A program made the translations under genes and the position numbers. A model generated the notes under the pieces. The model searched no databases. It was not told where the DNA came from and saw nothing but the letters and a program-made list of their open reading frames with translations. A DNA stretch of 64,000 bases from the human T2T-CHM13v2.0 reference genome, Homo sapiens, in the NCBI RefSeq assembly GCF_009914755.1, contig NC_060931.1, one strand, 5' to 3'. This document shows positions 48,051 through 62,432 of the stretch, in pieces. The stretch's first letter is position 1; each line of letters begins with the position of its first letter.

Positions 48051-48628
48051 ACAATGAGATCACATGGACACAGGAAGGGGAACATGACACTCTGGGGACT
48101 GTTGTGGGGTGGGGGTAGGGGGGAGGGATAGCATTGGGAGATATACCTAATGCTAGATGACGAGTTAGTGGGTGCAGCACACCAGCATGGCGCATGTATA
48201 TGTATGTAACTAAGCTGCACAATGTGCACATGTACCCTAAAACTTAAAGTATAATAATAAACAAATAAATAAAAGAAGGAAACACAAAAGAAAAAAAATA
48301 TTTATGGGATTTATGAGATAATTGGAAACTTGAATTGTGGATATTCAATAATACCGATGAATTGATGTTCATTTTTTAGATGTCATAATGGTGCTTATGT
48401 TTTAAAAATAAAAGTGTTCTTATCTTTTGGGGGTAACATTCTGATATAATTACTGATAAAATATTATGATGCTTCAAAACAATATGGGAAGGGGAAAAAG
48501 TTGGAGATATATTTGAGGCAAGTGTGTGAAATAAGATTAGCCATAAAAGGTAATTTTTTAAACTGGATGATGGTTACATGGGGGATTCATTACACAATGT
48601 CTACTTTTGTATATATTTGAAGTTTTCT

Positions 48629-48731
48629 TTCTTTTTTTTTTTAATTATACTTTAAGTTTTAGGGTACATGTGCACAGCGTGCAGGTTTGTTACACATGTA
48701 TACATGTGCCATGTTGGTGTGCTGCACCCAT
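48629..48731 (-). mobile_element. Extremely 5'-truncated L1PA (103 bp)
   Basis: Reverse L1 3' terminus with poly-T; perfect 17-bp TSD tatatttgaagttttct at 48612-48628 and 48732-48748. Confidence 0.93.
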
Positions 48732-48849
48732 TATATTTGAAGTTTTCTATTTTAAAAAGTTTTTTTAACTTACCAAGAAATATGTATCTATTGAGTGTAG
48801 GTTTTGATTAATAAAAAGGAGGAATTTTCCACATAAATTATGTAGCAGA

Positions 48850-48995
48850 GGCTGAGTGTGGTAGCTCACACCTGTAATCCCATCAATTTGGGAGGCTGAG
48901 GTGGAAGGATTGCTTGAAGCTAGGTGTTTGAGACCAGCCTAGGCGACAGAGCATGACTGTGTTTCTGAAAAAAAGAAAAAGGAAACAAAAAGAAA
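48850..48995 (+). mobile_element. FLAM / Alu monomer
   Basis: Single Alu arm with A-rich tail. Confidence 0.85.
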
Positions 48996-51097
48996 ATTAA
49001 GATCTGTAGGTTGAGCCGTAGATTAGAAAGAACTTGTAATCTTTATTTGTTTTAAAAAATGTCCTTTGAAGAAATTAAGTCAACCTTCTTAAGCCCAAGG
49101 TGAAAACTGCCTCTCAGAATCATATAATATATCACATGTCAAACTCATATCACTTTATAAAGCAGATTGCTAAGCAATTACAAAAGGTGAGTTCTCAAGA
49201 CTTAGTAAAACTGATTTGGAGTTCAATTATTCATGTGCTCTCTTTCTGTGTATTTACTGAGTATTGAGCTTGTTGTTGTGCTGATTTTCAACCTTTGGAA
49301 ATAAAAGCATGAGAGTTATTGCTTTGTTGCTATGTTTTAGGCAACAACCAGAGGCCCTAGTTTTACTTTTCTTTTTCTACTCTGACTTGAGTCTGGTAGA
49401 AAATTAATTCGGTTTCTTAGCAACCCAGATGAGCAAAACTTAAATATACTTTGGCTTCTTTTGTAAAGCAAAGGATAATGTTAAACTGTTAGTCTCTCTT
49501 GGCTTTACAGAAAAGATTTGCTGAGATATATTACTCTAAAACTTTTATGAAAAGCTATCTTTCAAATGGTAAGTGAAGTAACTGGTTTTCTAATGAATGC
49601 TCCTGCCTTTTGTTTTTATTTTGAATTCTTCTTGTTTGTCAAACTGACTAGCTCTTTGGAGCCTATATGTTTTATATGTTAAGGTATATAAGATGAATTC
49701 ACTTATGAGAAAAGCAATTCATTTATCCATGATATAATAAATAAATAAGAAATTATGAAAAGTATATTAAGAAAGAGAAAGCCCTGCTAAAAGACAGTGT
49801 TGAATTTCCCTTTATACAAGTTTACAAATGTGCATGAATATGTGGTCTAAAAAGTTTACTGTGATCACGATAGCAGATTATATTACATTTTTTTATATTG
49901 ACAACTTATTAAGGTATCAAGTGTATCTGTATCTATTTTTTTACCTATCTACCTCCCAAATTTAATGTTATAAAATTCAAATCATATATCTAGGCAAAGG
50001 AACTTTAAATTTGCATATATTTACTAACTAAAGAAATGTATTCCTTTTTTTATTAGCAAATTTAAAAGCAGATAACAAAAATATTTAGTGACTTTCCTGG
50101 AGAAAATCTTTGAGGAAGAAATTCAAAAGAATGTTTTTTGTATTGTCACTATTATGGTGAAGTTTTTCTTTATTTAGAAAAAAATATGATTAGATGTTTG
50201 GGTTTTACATACAGTTTTCAAAAGGCGAATATAATTTTCACAATTTGGCAAACATAATTATTATGATTGAAATATATAAAATTTGCATTTTTGTAAGGTA
50301 GAAAATGGTTGAATAACAATTTCACACAGCTCAATCTAAAACATGGAGAACTATGCATAGAGTTTGTAGAGATAGAAATCCTTGTCTTAATTATTTTATA
50401 ATCTAATTAGGAGTTGACATAAATAAATTATCCAGGTACAAGTTAAAATGAAGATTTGAACTCCATTGTTGTATTCAGAAAAAGAAAACATAAATCCTGA
50501 TACAGAGATTTGAAAATGCTTTCATTGGAGGCAGCATTTAAACTGATCCTTGAGGTATAAATATACTATCTTAGGTGGAGAATAACTCTGCTTATTGAAT
50601 GCAGATAAAGCCATTCTTTTATTTTCAGTGCAACATCTTGGACAACCTATAGGTTTTATAAAAGCAACATTTACTATTAAATCTTTAAATGAGAATATTA
50701 CTAATTTATTTTTTCCTTAATTTCTCAGTCATATATTTCATAGCTTTGTATTTCTCTAATCTTTAGTTTTTTCCATGTAAAAGGAAAACTATGGTGCACT
50801 ATTTCATTATTGTCTTCAGTTATTCAAGTAGTTCTCCAGTTGATTATTTCTGCCTGGGAACTACAAAGACATATGTGATTCTGTGATTTATATACAATAG
50901 AAGCTTAATTTTACATACATATTATTCAAAAGGATAATATGTAATAATAAATTCATAATATAAGGACAAAATAAGGTAACATAGAGAAGTGAAACAAATT
51001 TATTTTCTTTTAAAATGTGGCATAGTACATTGAGGCCTTGAATGTATTTGCTTCATTTCAGAACACAATGCAACAAGCTCAGAAACAGAGATGACTA

Positions 51098-51822
51098 TCA
51101 AAACCACAATGAGATATCATCTCACACCAGTTAGAATGGCGATCATTAAAAAGTCAGGAAACAACAGATGCTGGAGAGGTTGTGGAAAAATAGGAATGCT
51201 TTTACACTGTTGGTGGGAGTGTAAATTAGTTCAACCATTGTGGAAGACAGCGTGGCGATTCCTCAAGGATCTAGAGCTAGAAATACCATTTGACCCAGTG
51301 ATCCCATTACTGGATATATACCCAAAGGGTTATAAATCATGCTACTATAAAGACACATGCACACATATGTTTATTACGGCACTATTCACAATGCAAAGAC
51401 TTGGAACCAACCCACTTGTCCATCAGTGATAGACTGGGTAGAGAAAATGTGGCACATATACACCATGAAATACTATGCAGCCATAAAAAATGATGAGTTC
51501 GTGTCCTTTGCAGGGACATAGATGAAGCTGTAAACCATCATTCTCAGCAAACTATCACAAGGACAGAAAACCAGTCACTGCATGTTCTCACTCATACGTG
51601 GGAGTTCAACAATGAGAACACATGGACACAGGGTGGGGAACATCACACGCTGGGGCCTGTCATGGGGTGGGAGGCTGGGGGAGGGATAGCATTAGGAGAA
51701 ATACCTAATGTAAATGTCGAGTTGATAGGTACAGCAAACCAACATGGCACATGTATACGTATGTAACAAACCTGCACATTGTGCACATGTACCCTAGAAC
51801 TTAAAGTATAAAATAAAAAGGG
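51098..51822 (+). mobile_element. 5'-truncated L1PA (PA5-7-like) inside the PSIP1 retrocopy
   Basis: ORF2 C-terminus ([17 protein letters not shown]) and 3'UTR; 13-bp TSD acagagatgacta at 51085-51097 and 51823-51835. Confidence 0.95.
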
Positions 51823-52043
51823 ACAGAGATGACTACTGCACTGAAAAAATACAGCAATTCCAAGTTTGTCAGGTTATCGTAGAAAAGTCTACAGTGTTGT
51901 ATAACAAGTTTAAGAACATGTTTTTGGTTGGTGAAGGAGATTCCACAGTCACATAAAGTGCTGAATAAATCTCTTGCTGAACAAAGACAACATGAGGAAG
52001 CAAATAAAACCAAAGATTAAGGGCCAAAAAAAAGCTAGAAAAG

Positions 52044-52346
52044 GGCCGGGCGCGGTGTCACCCTGTAATCCCAGCACTTTGGGAGGCCGAGACGGGCGGA
52101 TCAGGAGGTCAAGAGATCGAGATCATCCTGGCCAACATGGTGAAACCCTGTCTCTACTAAAAATACAAAAAAAAAAAAAAAAGCTGGGCATGGTGGCAGA
52201 CAACTGTAGTCCCAGCTACTTGGGAGTCTGAGGCAGGAGAAATCACTTGAACCCAGGAGGCGGAGGTTGCAGTGAGCCAAGATCGTGCCACTGCACTCCA
52301 GCCTGGTGACAGAATGAGACTCCACCAAAAAAAAAAAAAAAAAAAG
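52044..52346 (+). mobile_element. AluSc inside the PSIP1 retrocopy
   Basis: Sc diagnostic aggtcaagagatcgag; TSD gctagaaaag. Confidence 0.92.
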
Positions 52347-53671
52347 GCTAGAAAAGGAATGGATACAAGCCAGTAATTAACCACAACACAATGGAGAGAG
52401 CAATGAAGAAAGCAGACAGCCATGAGGCCAGCACTAAGAAAAAGCCATCCAGTGATGAGAGAGAGAGACGGAAATATCTCTGATGGATTCTACATTAGAT
52501 AGCAAGGTTGACATACCTGGAATGTAGAGAGCACTTGAGAAGTTTGTAAAGTTTTCATTTGACATATTTAGACTGCTGAAAGTTTTAAAATTTTTATAAG
52601 CGTAGGTTTTGATGTTGAAAACTTGTTTTTAGGGAGAAAATCCCTATATCTTTGTTTAAAGGTAATTAGACAGTATCACTAACTGTCCCTGTGCAGTAAT
52701 AACAGCCTCATTATATAGTAAATGTGGGGCAAAATCCATTTGGAAAATGTTAAGCTGCATTTCCAGACAAGGTTGTAGTGTATTTTTAATTAGTGCATGT
52801 ATGTTATGTGTAATTGCTAGTAGAACAAAGTTATATATTTAAAACTGTTACTTGTAGAAACCTTTCCAGTTTTCCCAAATACCATGGGTTTTGTGCATAG
52901 TTTATACAAACTTTAATTTACCAGACCGTCTTTTCAGTTTGTGGGTTTTGTGGAAGTTAAGCATTTTTATGTTAGACAAAATGTTACAAAAAGTACTCAC
53001 TCTCTTCTTTTATCAAAAGTTAATTTTAATCTCAGTCTACATCATGCTACGTTCTCCGGCTTCTTTGAAATAATGTGTGGTCTGTAAGCCTTTTTATATG
53101 ACAACTATTAAAAGATAACCAACTGACATGAGCTGACTGAGAATTCTAAGTATAAAACTCTTGTTAATTTTTGAGGGTCATTTAGTTTTGTGACAGGGCA
53201 TTCGGTAAAGTCTTGTGACTTCCCTGCAGACAACAGGCTGAGTATATATAGGAATGAATCTGGCTTTAGGGCTCAGTCATTTGAGATCTTTTATAGGCAG
53301 CCACAAGTAACTAAAACTGAAAACTAAATATGCTTATTTTTGAGAAATGGCTCAAGTTTCTAAGTTTTTTTTAAAAAGTTGTACTCATTAAGGAAGTCAC
53401 TAGATAACATTTCATTGGAAAAAAAATCAGTCCATGATGCTTATGTGGTAAATATGAGAAAATGCTATGTAAGGAAACTAACCTATTTGAAAACATGGTT
53501 ATATTAGAAGAAAAATTTTATTTTCATTTCTATATCATACACATGGAAGAATTGCAAAAATACAAACATGAGTTGCTCCAATGTACTTTGATAGTTTGTA
53601 TATTGGCATGTATGGACTAAATCAGGGTGAAACCAATGTTAACACAAAATTTAAGGGTACGTTAACTAAAG

Positions 53672-54148
53672 CAGGGGCCTCCAACCCAAACCAGGCCACA
53701 CAACAGGAGGTGAACAGAGGGCCAGAGAGCAAAGCTTCACCTGTATTTACAGCCACTCCCCATTGTTTACATTACCATCTGAGCTCTGCTTCCTGTCAGA
53801 TCAGTGGTGGCATTAGAGTCTTATAGGAGCGTGAACCCTATTGTGAACTGCACATGTGCTCCTTATGAGAATCAAATGCCTGATGATCTGTCACTGTCTC
53901 CCATCACCCCCAGATGGGACAGTCTGGTTGAAGGAAAACAAGCTCAAGGCTCCCACCAATTCTACATTATGGTGACTTGTATAATTATTTCATTATACAT
54001 TGCAATGTAATAATAATAGAAATAAAGTGCACAGTAAGTGTAATGCATTTGAATCATTCTGAAACCATCTCCCCATCCTTCCTCAGTCTGTGGAAAAGTT
54101 GTCTCCCACGAGATCACTCACTGGTGCCAAAAAGATTGGGGACTGCTG
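53672..54148 (+). mobile_element. MER1A hAT-Charlie transposon
   Basis: Ends caggggcctccaaccc / ttggggactgctg; perfect 8-bp TSD aactaaag at 53664-53671 and 54149-54156. Confidence 0.9.
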
Positions 54149-54815
54149 AACTAAAGGATGGTATTTCTAAGATATTTTGAATATTAGGTCATTTAATACT
54201 TTTCAATATGTAGGATATTTACCATGTTTGGAACTATATGAATGTGGGAAAATGACTTAAGACTAATGTTTAGGTGTGACATTGTATGGCTTGACCCTCT
54301 AGGATAATTGCTTTTCTCTACAGATTAGAATGTTTGAATTATTTCAGTAATTAGGTTTTTGCTTTGGAAAGATCTTACGATAGAACTAGGAGTTACTGCT
54401 TTGAGAGAACCTGTGTATGTACTGGTCATTATCCATTTGGTCCTTAATACAATTTTAACTTGTACAGATTTATTCTAATTAACCCATAAGGGTCAACATG
54501 TAAACTTGTTTTAATTAAATATACTAAATATTGTTGCTAAGTATAGTCAACCTAATCTGCTATGAAACATTAGAATTTATTTCTTCCATCCTACAGTATG
54601 TTTTTACCCATTAACCAATTTATTCTCATAACCCCCTCTCACCAACTCACTCTTCCCAGTCTCTGATATTCATCATTCTATTCTCTATGTCCATGTGATC
54701 AAGTTTTTTAACTCCCACGTATGAGTGAGAACATGCAGTGTTTGCCTTTCTGTGGCCGGCTTATTTTGCTTAACATAATGACTTCTATCTCCATCCATGT
54801 TACTGCAAAAGATCA

Positions 54816-55090
<275 letters not shown>

Positions 55091-55209
55091 TTATTTTATG
55101 GTTGACGGGTATTCTATTATGTGTATATATACTTTTTTTAATCCAGTGTTCAATTGGTGGATACAGCTTGATTTTATATCTTTGCTAATTTTGGGAGGGT
55201 GGGGGGTTT

Positions 55210-55428
55210 CTTGAGACAGGATCCTACTCTGTCACCCAGGCTGGATCACGATCCAGCAGTGGCAGGATCATGGCTCACTGCAGCCCCAAACTCCCCAGAC
55301 TCAGGAGATCTTCCTACCTCAGCCTCCCAAGTAGCTGGGGTGACAGGCACATGCCACCATGCCTGGCTAATTTCTGTACTTTTTGAAGAGACAGGGTCTC
55401 ACCATGTTGCCCAGGATTGTCTCAAACT
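55210..55428 (-). mobile_element. AluJ fragment
   Basis: Reverse Alu right arm plus part of left arm, J-type. Confidence 0.85.
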
Positions 55429-56743
55429 TCTTTTCCTTTGGAAAAATATTCCACAGTGGGATTTCTGGATATTATGGTAGTTCTGTTTTTACTTTTTTGA
55501 GAAATCTCCATACTGTAGTGAGAATGTACTAATTTACATTCTCACCAACAGTGTATACATAGTTTCCTTTTTTCTATACTCTTGCCAGCATATGTTATTT
55601 TTTGTCCTGGATAATAGCCATTCTAACTGTGGTGGTTTTGATTTGCATTTCTATGTGATTAGTGATTTAGAGCAATTTTTCATATATCTGTTGGTCTTTT
55701 GTATGCCTTCTTTTGAGATCTGTTTATTCTTGTGCTTTGTCCACTTTTTAATAGGATTGTTTGGGGTTTTTGCTGCTGAGTTGTTTAAGTTCCTTGTATA
55801 TGTTGGATATTAGCTTTCTGTTGGATGATTAGTTTGCACATATTCTCTTCTATTCTGTAGATTATCCCATCACTCTTGTTTATTTTGCTGTGCAGAGCCT
55901 TTTAGTTGAACATTGTCCCATTTGTCTATTTTTGTTTTTGTTAGTTATGCTTTTGAGGTTTTAGCCATAAAATCTTTGCCTAAACCAATGTCCTGAGGAG
56001 CTTTCCCTGTGTTTTTTGTAGTAGTTTTATAATTTCAGGTTTTATGTTAAAGTCTTTAATCCATCTGGAGTTGATTTTTGCATATGGTGAGAAATAGGGT
56101 TCCAGTTTCATTCTCCTGCCTGTGGTTATCCAGTTTTCCAACTATGTATTGAAGAGGGTTTTTGTTCCCCAATGTAGGTTCTTGGTGGCTTTGAGGAAGA
56201 TAAGTTAGCTGTAAATATGTGGGTTTATTTCTGGATTCTCTATTCTGTACCTGTGGTATATGCATCAATTTTTATACCAATACCATGCTATTTTGATTAC
56301 TCTAGATTTGTAATATGTTTTGAAGATAGGTAGTGTGATGTTTACAACTTTGTCCTTTTTGCTCAGTATTACTTTGGCAATTTGGGATCTTTTATGGTTA
56401 TGAAAGATTGTTTTTCTATTTCTGTGAAAAATGTCATTGGTATTATGATAGGGATTCCATTGACTTTGTAGATTGCTTTGGCTAGTGTGGTCATTTTAAT
56501 GATATTGATTCTTCTAATCCATAAGCATGGGATGTTTTTCCATTTGTGTCATCTACAATTTCTTTCATCAGTGTTTTGTAGCTTTCCTTATAGAGATCTT
56601 TCACCTCGTTAGCTCAATTTATTCTTAGGTATTTCTTTGTAGCTATAGAAAATAAAATTGCCTTCTTGATTGCTTTTTTGGCTATTTCATTATTGGTGTA
56701 TAGAAACACTACTAATTTTGTATGTTTATTTTGTGTCTTGTAA

Positions 56744-57093
<350 letters not shown>

Positions 57094-58199
57094 TGAATTT
57101 GTTTATTAGTTCTAAGAGTTTTTTTAGTGGAGACTTTTGGTTTTTCTAAATGTAAATATAAAATAGAATTTGACTTTCACTTTTCCAACTTAGATGTGCT
57201 TTATTTCTTTGTGATTTCTCTGGCTAAGACTTCCAGTATTTTGTTGAATCATAGTGGTGAAAGTGGGTATTTTTGCCTTGTTACACTTCTTAGAGAAGAG
57301 ACTTTCAGCTTTTCCCCATTTAGTATCATGTTAGCTGTGGGTTTGTCATATATGGCTTTTATTATATTGAGATATGTTCCTTCAATGCTTAGCTTATTGA
57401 GAGTTTTTATCATAAAGTGGTGTGGAATTTTATCAAATTCTTTTTCTGCATCTGTTGAGATGATCAAATCAATTTTGTCCTTCATTCTGTTGATGTGATG
57501 TATTATGTTTACTGACTTCCACATGTTGAACCATCTTTTCAGCCCTGGTATAAATCACACCTTATCATGGTGTATATCTTTTTGATGTGCAGTTGGATTT
57601 GATTTGCTAGCATTTTGTTGCAGATTTTTGCACCTCTGTTCATCAGGAATATTGGACTACTGTAGTTTTCTTATTTTCTTGTATCCTTTCCTGGCTTTTG
57701 TATCAGAGTAATGCTGATCTTGTAGAATGAGTTAGTTTTCTTCAATTTTTTGGAATAGTTTGAGGATGATTAGTATTAGTTCTTTACATGTTTAGTACAG
57801 TTTAGCAGTGAATCCATCAGTCTTTGTATTTTCTTTGCTGAGAGCCTTCTTATTACAGATTCCACATTACTACTTATTAGTCTGTTCAGGTTTTCTATTC
57901 TTCCTGATTTAATTTTAGTCGGTTGTATGCCTCCAGGAATTTTTCCATTTCCTCTTGGTTTTTCACTTTATATGCATATAGTTGTTAATAATAGTCTCTG
58001 ATGATCGTTTATATTTCTCTGGCATCAGTTGTAAGTCTCCTTTTTAATTTCTGATTTTGTTTCTTAGAGTCTTTTTTATTCTTGGTTATTCTATCTAGTG
58101 GTTCATCGATTTTATCTATCTTTTCAAAAACTCAGCCTTGTATTTCATTGATTCTCTGTATTTCTTTTAGTTTTTATTTCATTTAGTTCTGCTCTTACC

Positions 58200-58270
58200 T
58201 TTTTTCTTTCTTTCTTTCTTTTTCTTTCTTTCTTCTGTCTTTCTCTCTTTCTTTCCTTCTTTCTTTTTTT
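58200..58270. repeat. CT-rich (TTTC)n low-complexity tract
   Basis: Direct reading. Confidence 0.8.
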
Positions 58271-58737
58271 GTTGCTATTTTTGGGTTTGGTTTCTTGTTG
58301 CTTTTCTAGTTCTTCCAGGTACAGCCTTAAGTTGTTTATTTAAAATCTTTGTTTTTTTGGTTGTCGTTGCTGCTGTTGTTGCTCTTGTTTTTATGTAGCT
58401 GTTTGTGCTACAAAGTTCCAGTCAAGTACTTCTTTTGCTGTATCCCACAGCTTTTGGTATGTGGTATTTTCATTTGCATTTGTATCAAGAAATTTTTAAA
58501 TTAAAAAAATTTTCTTCTTTGACTCATTTGTTGTTCAGTAGAATTTTGTTTAGTTTCCATGTATTTGTATGGTTTTTGGAGTTCCCCTGGTATTTATTTC
58601 TAGTTTTATTCCACTGTGGTTGAGAAAATACTTAATATAACTTCAGTTTTAAAATTTGTTATGACATCTTTTGTGGTTTAACATGTGGCCCATTTTGAAG
58701 ACTGTTCCAAGTGCTGATAAGAAGAATGCCTATTCTG

Positions 58738-59089
<352 letters not shown>

Positions 59090-60149
59090 TTAGGTTCATT
59101 TAAATTCAATGTTTCTTTACTGATTTTCTGTCCACATGATCTGTCTAATGCTCAGAGTGGGGTGTTCAAGTATCCCACTATTATTATATTGGAATCTATG
59201 TCTCTCTTTAGATTTAGTAAAATTTGCTTTATAGATCTGGGTGCTCCAGTGTTGGGTGCACATATACCTAGAATTGTTATGTTCTCTTGCTGAACTAATT
59301 CCCCTTTACCATTATATAACAATATTCTTTATCTTTTATTTTTACTGTTTTTAACTTAGTCTGTTTTATCTGATATAAGTACAGCTACTCTTCTTTGCTT
59401 TTTTTTTAATAGAATATCTTTTCCCATACCTGTATTTTCCATGTATGTCTTTACAGATAAGTTGAGTTTCTTGTAAGCAGAATATAGTTGAATCATGTTT
59501 TTGTGTCTGTTCAGCCAGTGTAAATCTTTTAAGTGGAGATTTTAATTCATTTACTTTCAAGGTTATTATTGATTTTTGAAGTTTTCTTTCTGTCATATTG
59601 TTCATTGTTTTCTGGCTGTTTTATATATTCTTTACTTGTTCTTTTTTCTTTTATTATTTGCCCATAGGGTCTTGTAGTTTTCTGTTGTGGTACTATTTGA
59701 CTCCTTTCTCTTCCTCGTTTGTGTGTTTGCTTTACCAGTGATTTTACACTTACTTATGTTTTCATGATGATGACTGATCCTTTCCCTTTCAAGTTTAGGA
59801 CTCCCTTGAGCATTTTTTGTAGAACCAGTCTAGTGATGATGAATTCCCTCAAAATTTGCTTCTCTGGGAAAGACTTTATTTATCCTGTATGAAGGATAAT
59901 TTTCTTAGATATAGTATCCATAGGTGATAGGATTTTTTCTTTTAGCACTCTGAACACATCATCCCATTCCTTCCTTTCCTGTAAGGTTTCTGATGAGAAA
60001 TCTGCTCTTAGTCTGATGGAGGTAACTTTATAGGTAACTAGAAGCTTTTCTCTTGTTGTTTTTATAAACTTGTCTTTAGACAGTTTAACTACAATGTGCT
60101 GTCTCCATTTGGAGATCACTGTGCCTTCGCTAACACTATGTCTTCATGT

Positions 60150-62432
60150 CAATATGGTTTGGCTGTGTCCTCACCCAAATCTCATCTTGAATTGTACTCC
60201 CATAATTCCCATGTGTTGTGTGAGGGACCCAGTGGGAGATAATTTGAATCACAGAGGCAGTTTCCCCCATACTATTCTCGTGATAGTGAATAAGTCTCAC
60301 GAGATATGATGGTTTTATCAGGAGTTTCTGCTTTTGCATCTTCCTCATTTTCTCTTGCCATTGCCATGTAAAAAGTGCCTTTCACCTCCCACCATAATTC
60401 TGAGGCCTCCCCAGCCATGTGGAACTGTAAGTCCAATTAAACCTCATTTTCTTCCCAGTCTCAGATATGTCTTTATCAGCAGTGTGAAAATGGACCAATA
60501 CACTAAATTGGTATCAGAAGAGTGGGGTGTTGCTGAAAAGATACCTGAAAATGTGGAAACAATTTTGGAATTGGGTAACAGGCAGAGGCTGGAACGGTTT
60601 GGAGGGTTTCGAAGAAGGCAGGAAAATGTGTGAAAGTTTGGAAATTCCTAGAGACTTGTTGAATGGCTTTGATCAAAAGCCTGATAGTGATATGGACAAT
60701 AAGGTCCAGACTGAGGTGGTCTCAGATGGAGATGAGGAACTTGTTGGGAACTGGAGCAAAGGTGACTCTTGTTTTGTTTTAGCAAAGAGACGGGTGGCAT
60801 TTTGCTCCTGCCCTAGAGATTTGTGGAATTTTGAACTTTAGAGAGAAGATTTAGGGTATCTGGCAGAAGAAATTTCTAAGCAGCCAAGCATTTAAGATGT
60901 GACTTCGATGCTGTTAAAGGCATTCAGTTTTATAAGGGAAGCAGAGCATAAAAGTTCAGAAAATTTGCAGCCTGACAATGTGATAGAAAAGAAAAACCCA
61001 TTTTCTGAGGAGAAATTCAACCTGGCTGCAGAAATTTACATAAGTAACAAGGAGCCAAATGTTAATTCCCAAGAGAATGGGGAAAATGTCTCTAGGGTAT
61101 GTCAGATGTCTTCACAGCAGACCCTCCCATCACAGGCCCAGAGACCTAAGAGAAAATGGTTTTGTGGGCCAGGCCCAGGGTCTCTGTACTACGTGCAGCC
61201 TAGGGACTTGGTGCCCTATGTCCCAGATGCTCCAGCCCTGGCTGTAAGGGGCCAATGTAGAGCTTGGGCAATGGCTTCAGAGGGTGCAAGCCCCAAGCCT
61301 TGGCAGCTTTCATATGGTGTTGAACCTGCGAGTGCACAGAAGTCAAGAACTGGGGTTTGGGAACCTCCACCTAGATTTCAGAAGATGTGTGAAAATGCAT
61401 GAATGCCCAAGCAGAAGTTTGCTGCAGGAGCGGGGCACTCATGGAGAACCTCTGCTAGGACAGTGCAGAAGGGTAATGTGCTGTGGGAGGCCCCACACAG
61501 AGTCCCCACTGGGGCATGGCCTACTAGAGCTATGAGAAGAGTGATACCATCCTCCAGATCCCAGAATGGTAGATCCACTGACAGCTTGCACCATGTGCCT
61601 GGAAAAGCCACAGACACTCAATGCCAGCCCGTGAAAGCAGCTGGGAGGAAAGCTGTACCCTGCAAAGCCACAGGGGAGGAGCTGCCTAACACCATGGGAA
61701 CCCACCTCTTGCATCAGCATGACCTGGATGTGAGACCTGGAGTCAAAGGAGATCATTTTGGGGCTTTAAAATTTGACTGCCCAGATGGATTTCAGACTTG
61801 CATGGGCCCTGTAACCCCTTTGTTTTGGCCACTTTCTCCCATTTGGAACTGCTGTATTTACCAAATACCTGTACCCCCATTGTATCAAGGAAGTAACTAG
61901 CTTGCTTTTGATTTTACAGGCTCATAGGCGGAAGGGAGTTGCCTTGTCTCAGATGAGACTTTGGACTGTAGACTTTTGGGTTTAATGCTGAAATGAGTTA
62001 AGACTTTGGGAGATTGTTGGGAAGGCATGATTGGTTTTGAAATGTGAGGACATGAGATTTGGAGGGGCCAGGGGTGGAATGACATAGTTTAACTGTGTCC
62101 CCACCCAAATCTCATCTTGAATTGTACTCCCATAATTCCCATGTGTTATGGGAGGGACTCGGTGGAAGATAATTTGAATCATGGGTGCAGTTTCCCCGAT
62201 ACTGTTTTTGTGGTAGTGAATAAGTCTCACAAGATCTGGTGGTTTTATCAGGGGTGTCCGCTTTTGCATCTTTCTCATTTTCTCTTGCCACCGCCATGTA
62301 AGAAGTGCCTTTCACCTCCCACCATGATTCTGAGGCCTCCCCAGCCATGAGGAACTGTAAGTCCAATTAAACCTCTTTTTCTTCTCAGTCTCAAGTATGT
62401 TTTTATCGGCAGCATGAAAACAGATTAATATG
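60150..62432 (+). mobile_element. Complete THE1 (THE1A/B-like) MaLR element: LTR 60150-60502, internal 60503-62079, LTR 62080-62432
   Basis: Two ~350-bp direct LTRs, polypurine tract ggaggggccaggggtggaa before the 3' LTR, broken internal ORF, candidate 5-bp TSD atgtc. Confidence 0.95.

Larger units (their letters stand above)
51015..54520 (+). pseudogene. 5'-truncated processed pseudogene of PSIP1 (LEDGF/p75): integrase-binding domain, C-terminus and 3'UTR
   Basis: After removing the inserts, frames read IEAL...[83 protein letters not shown] (to ~52505). These match the recalled LEDGF/p75 C-terminus and show no introns. The 3'UTR extent beyond ~53400 is inferred. Confidence 0.88.

Noticed and set aside
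50920-51010. Possible further upstream PSIP1 sequence (ttcaaaaggata...aaattca)
   Set aside because: The similarity is too weak in AT-rich DNA to call without an alignment.
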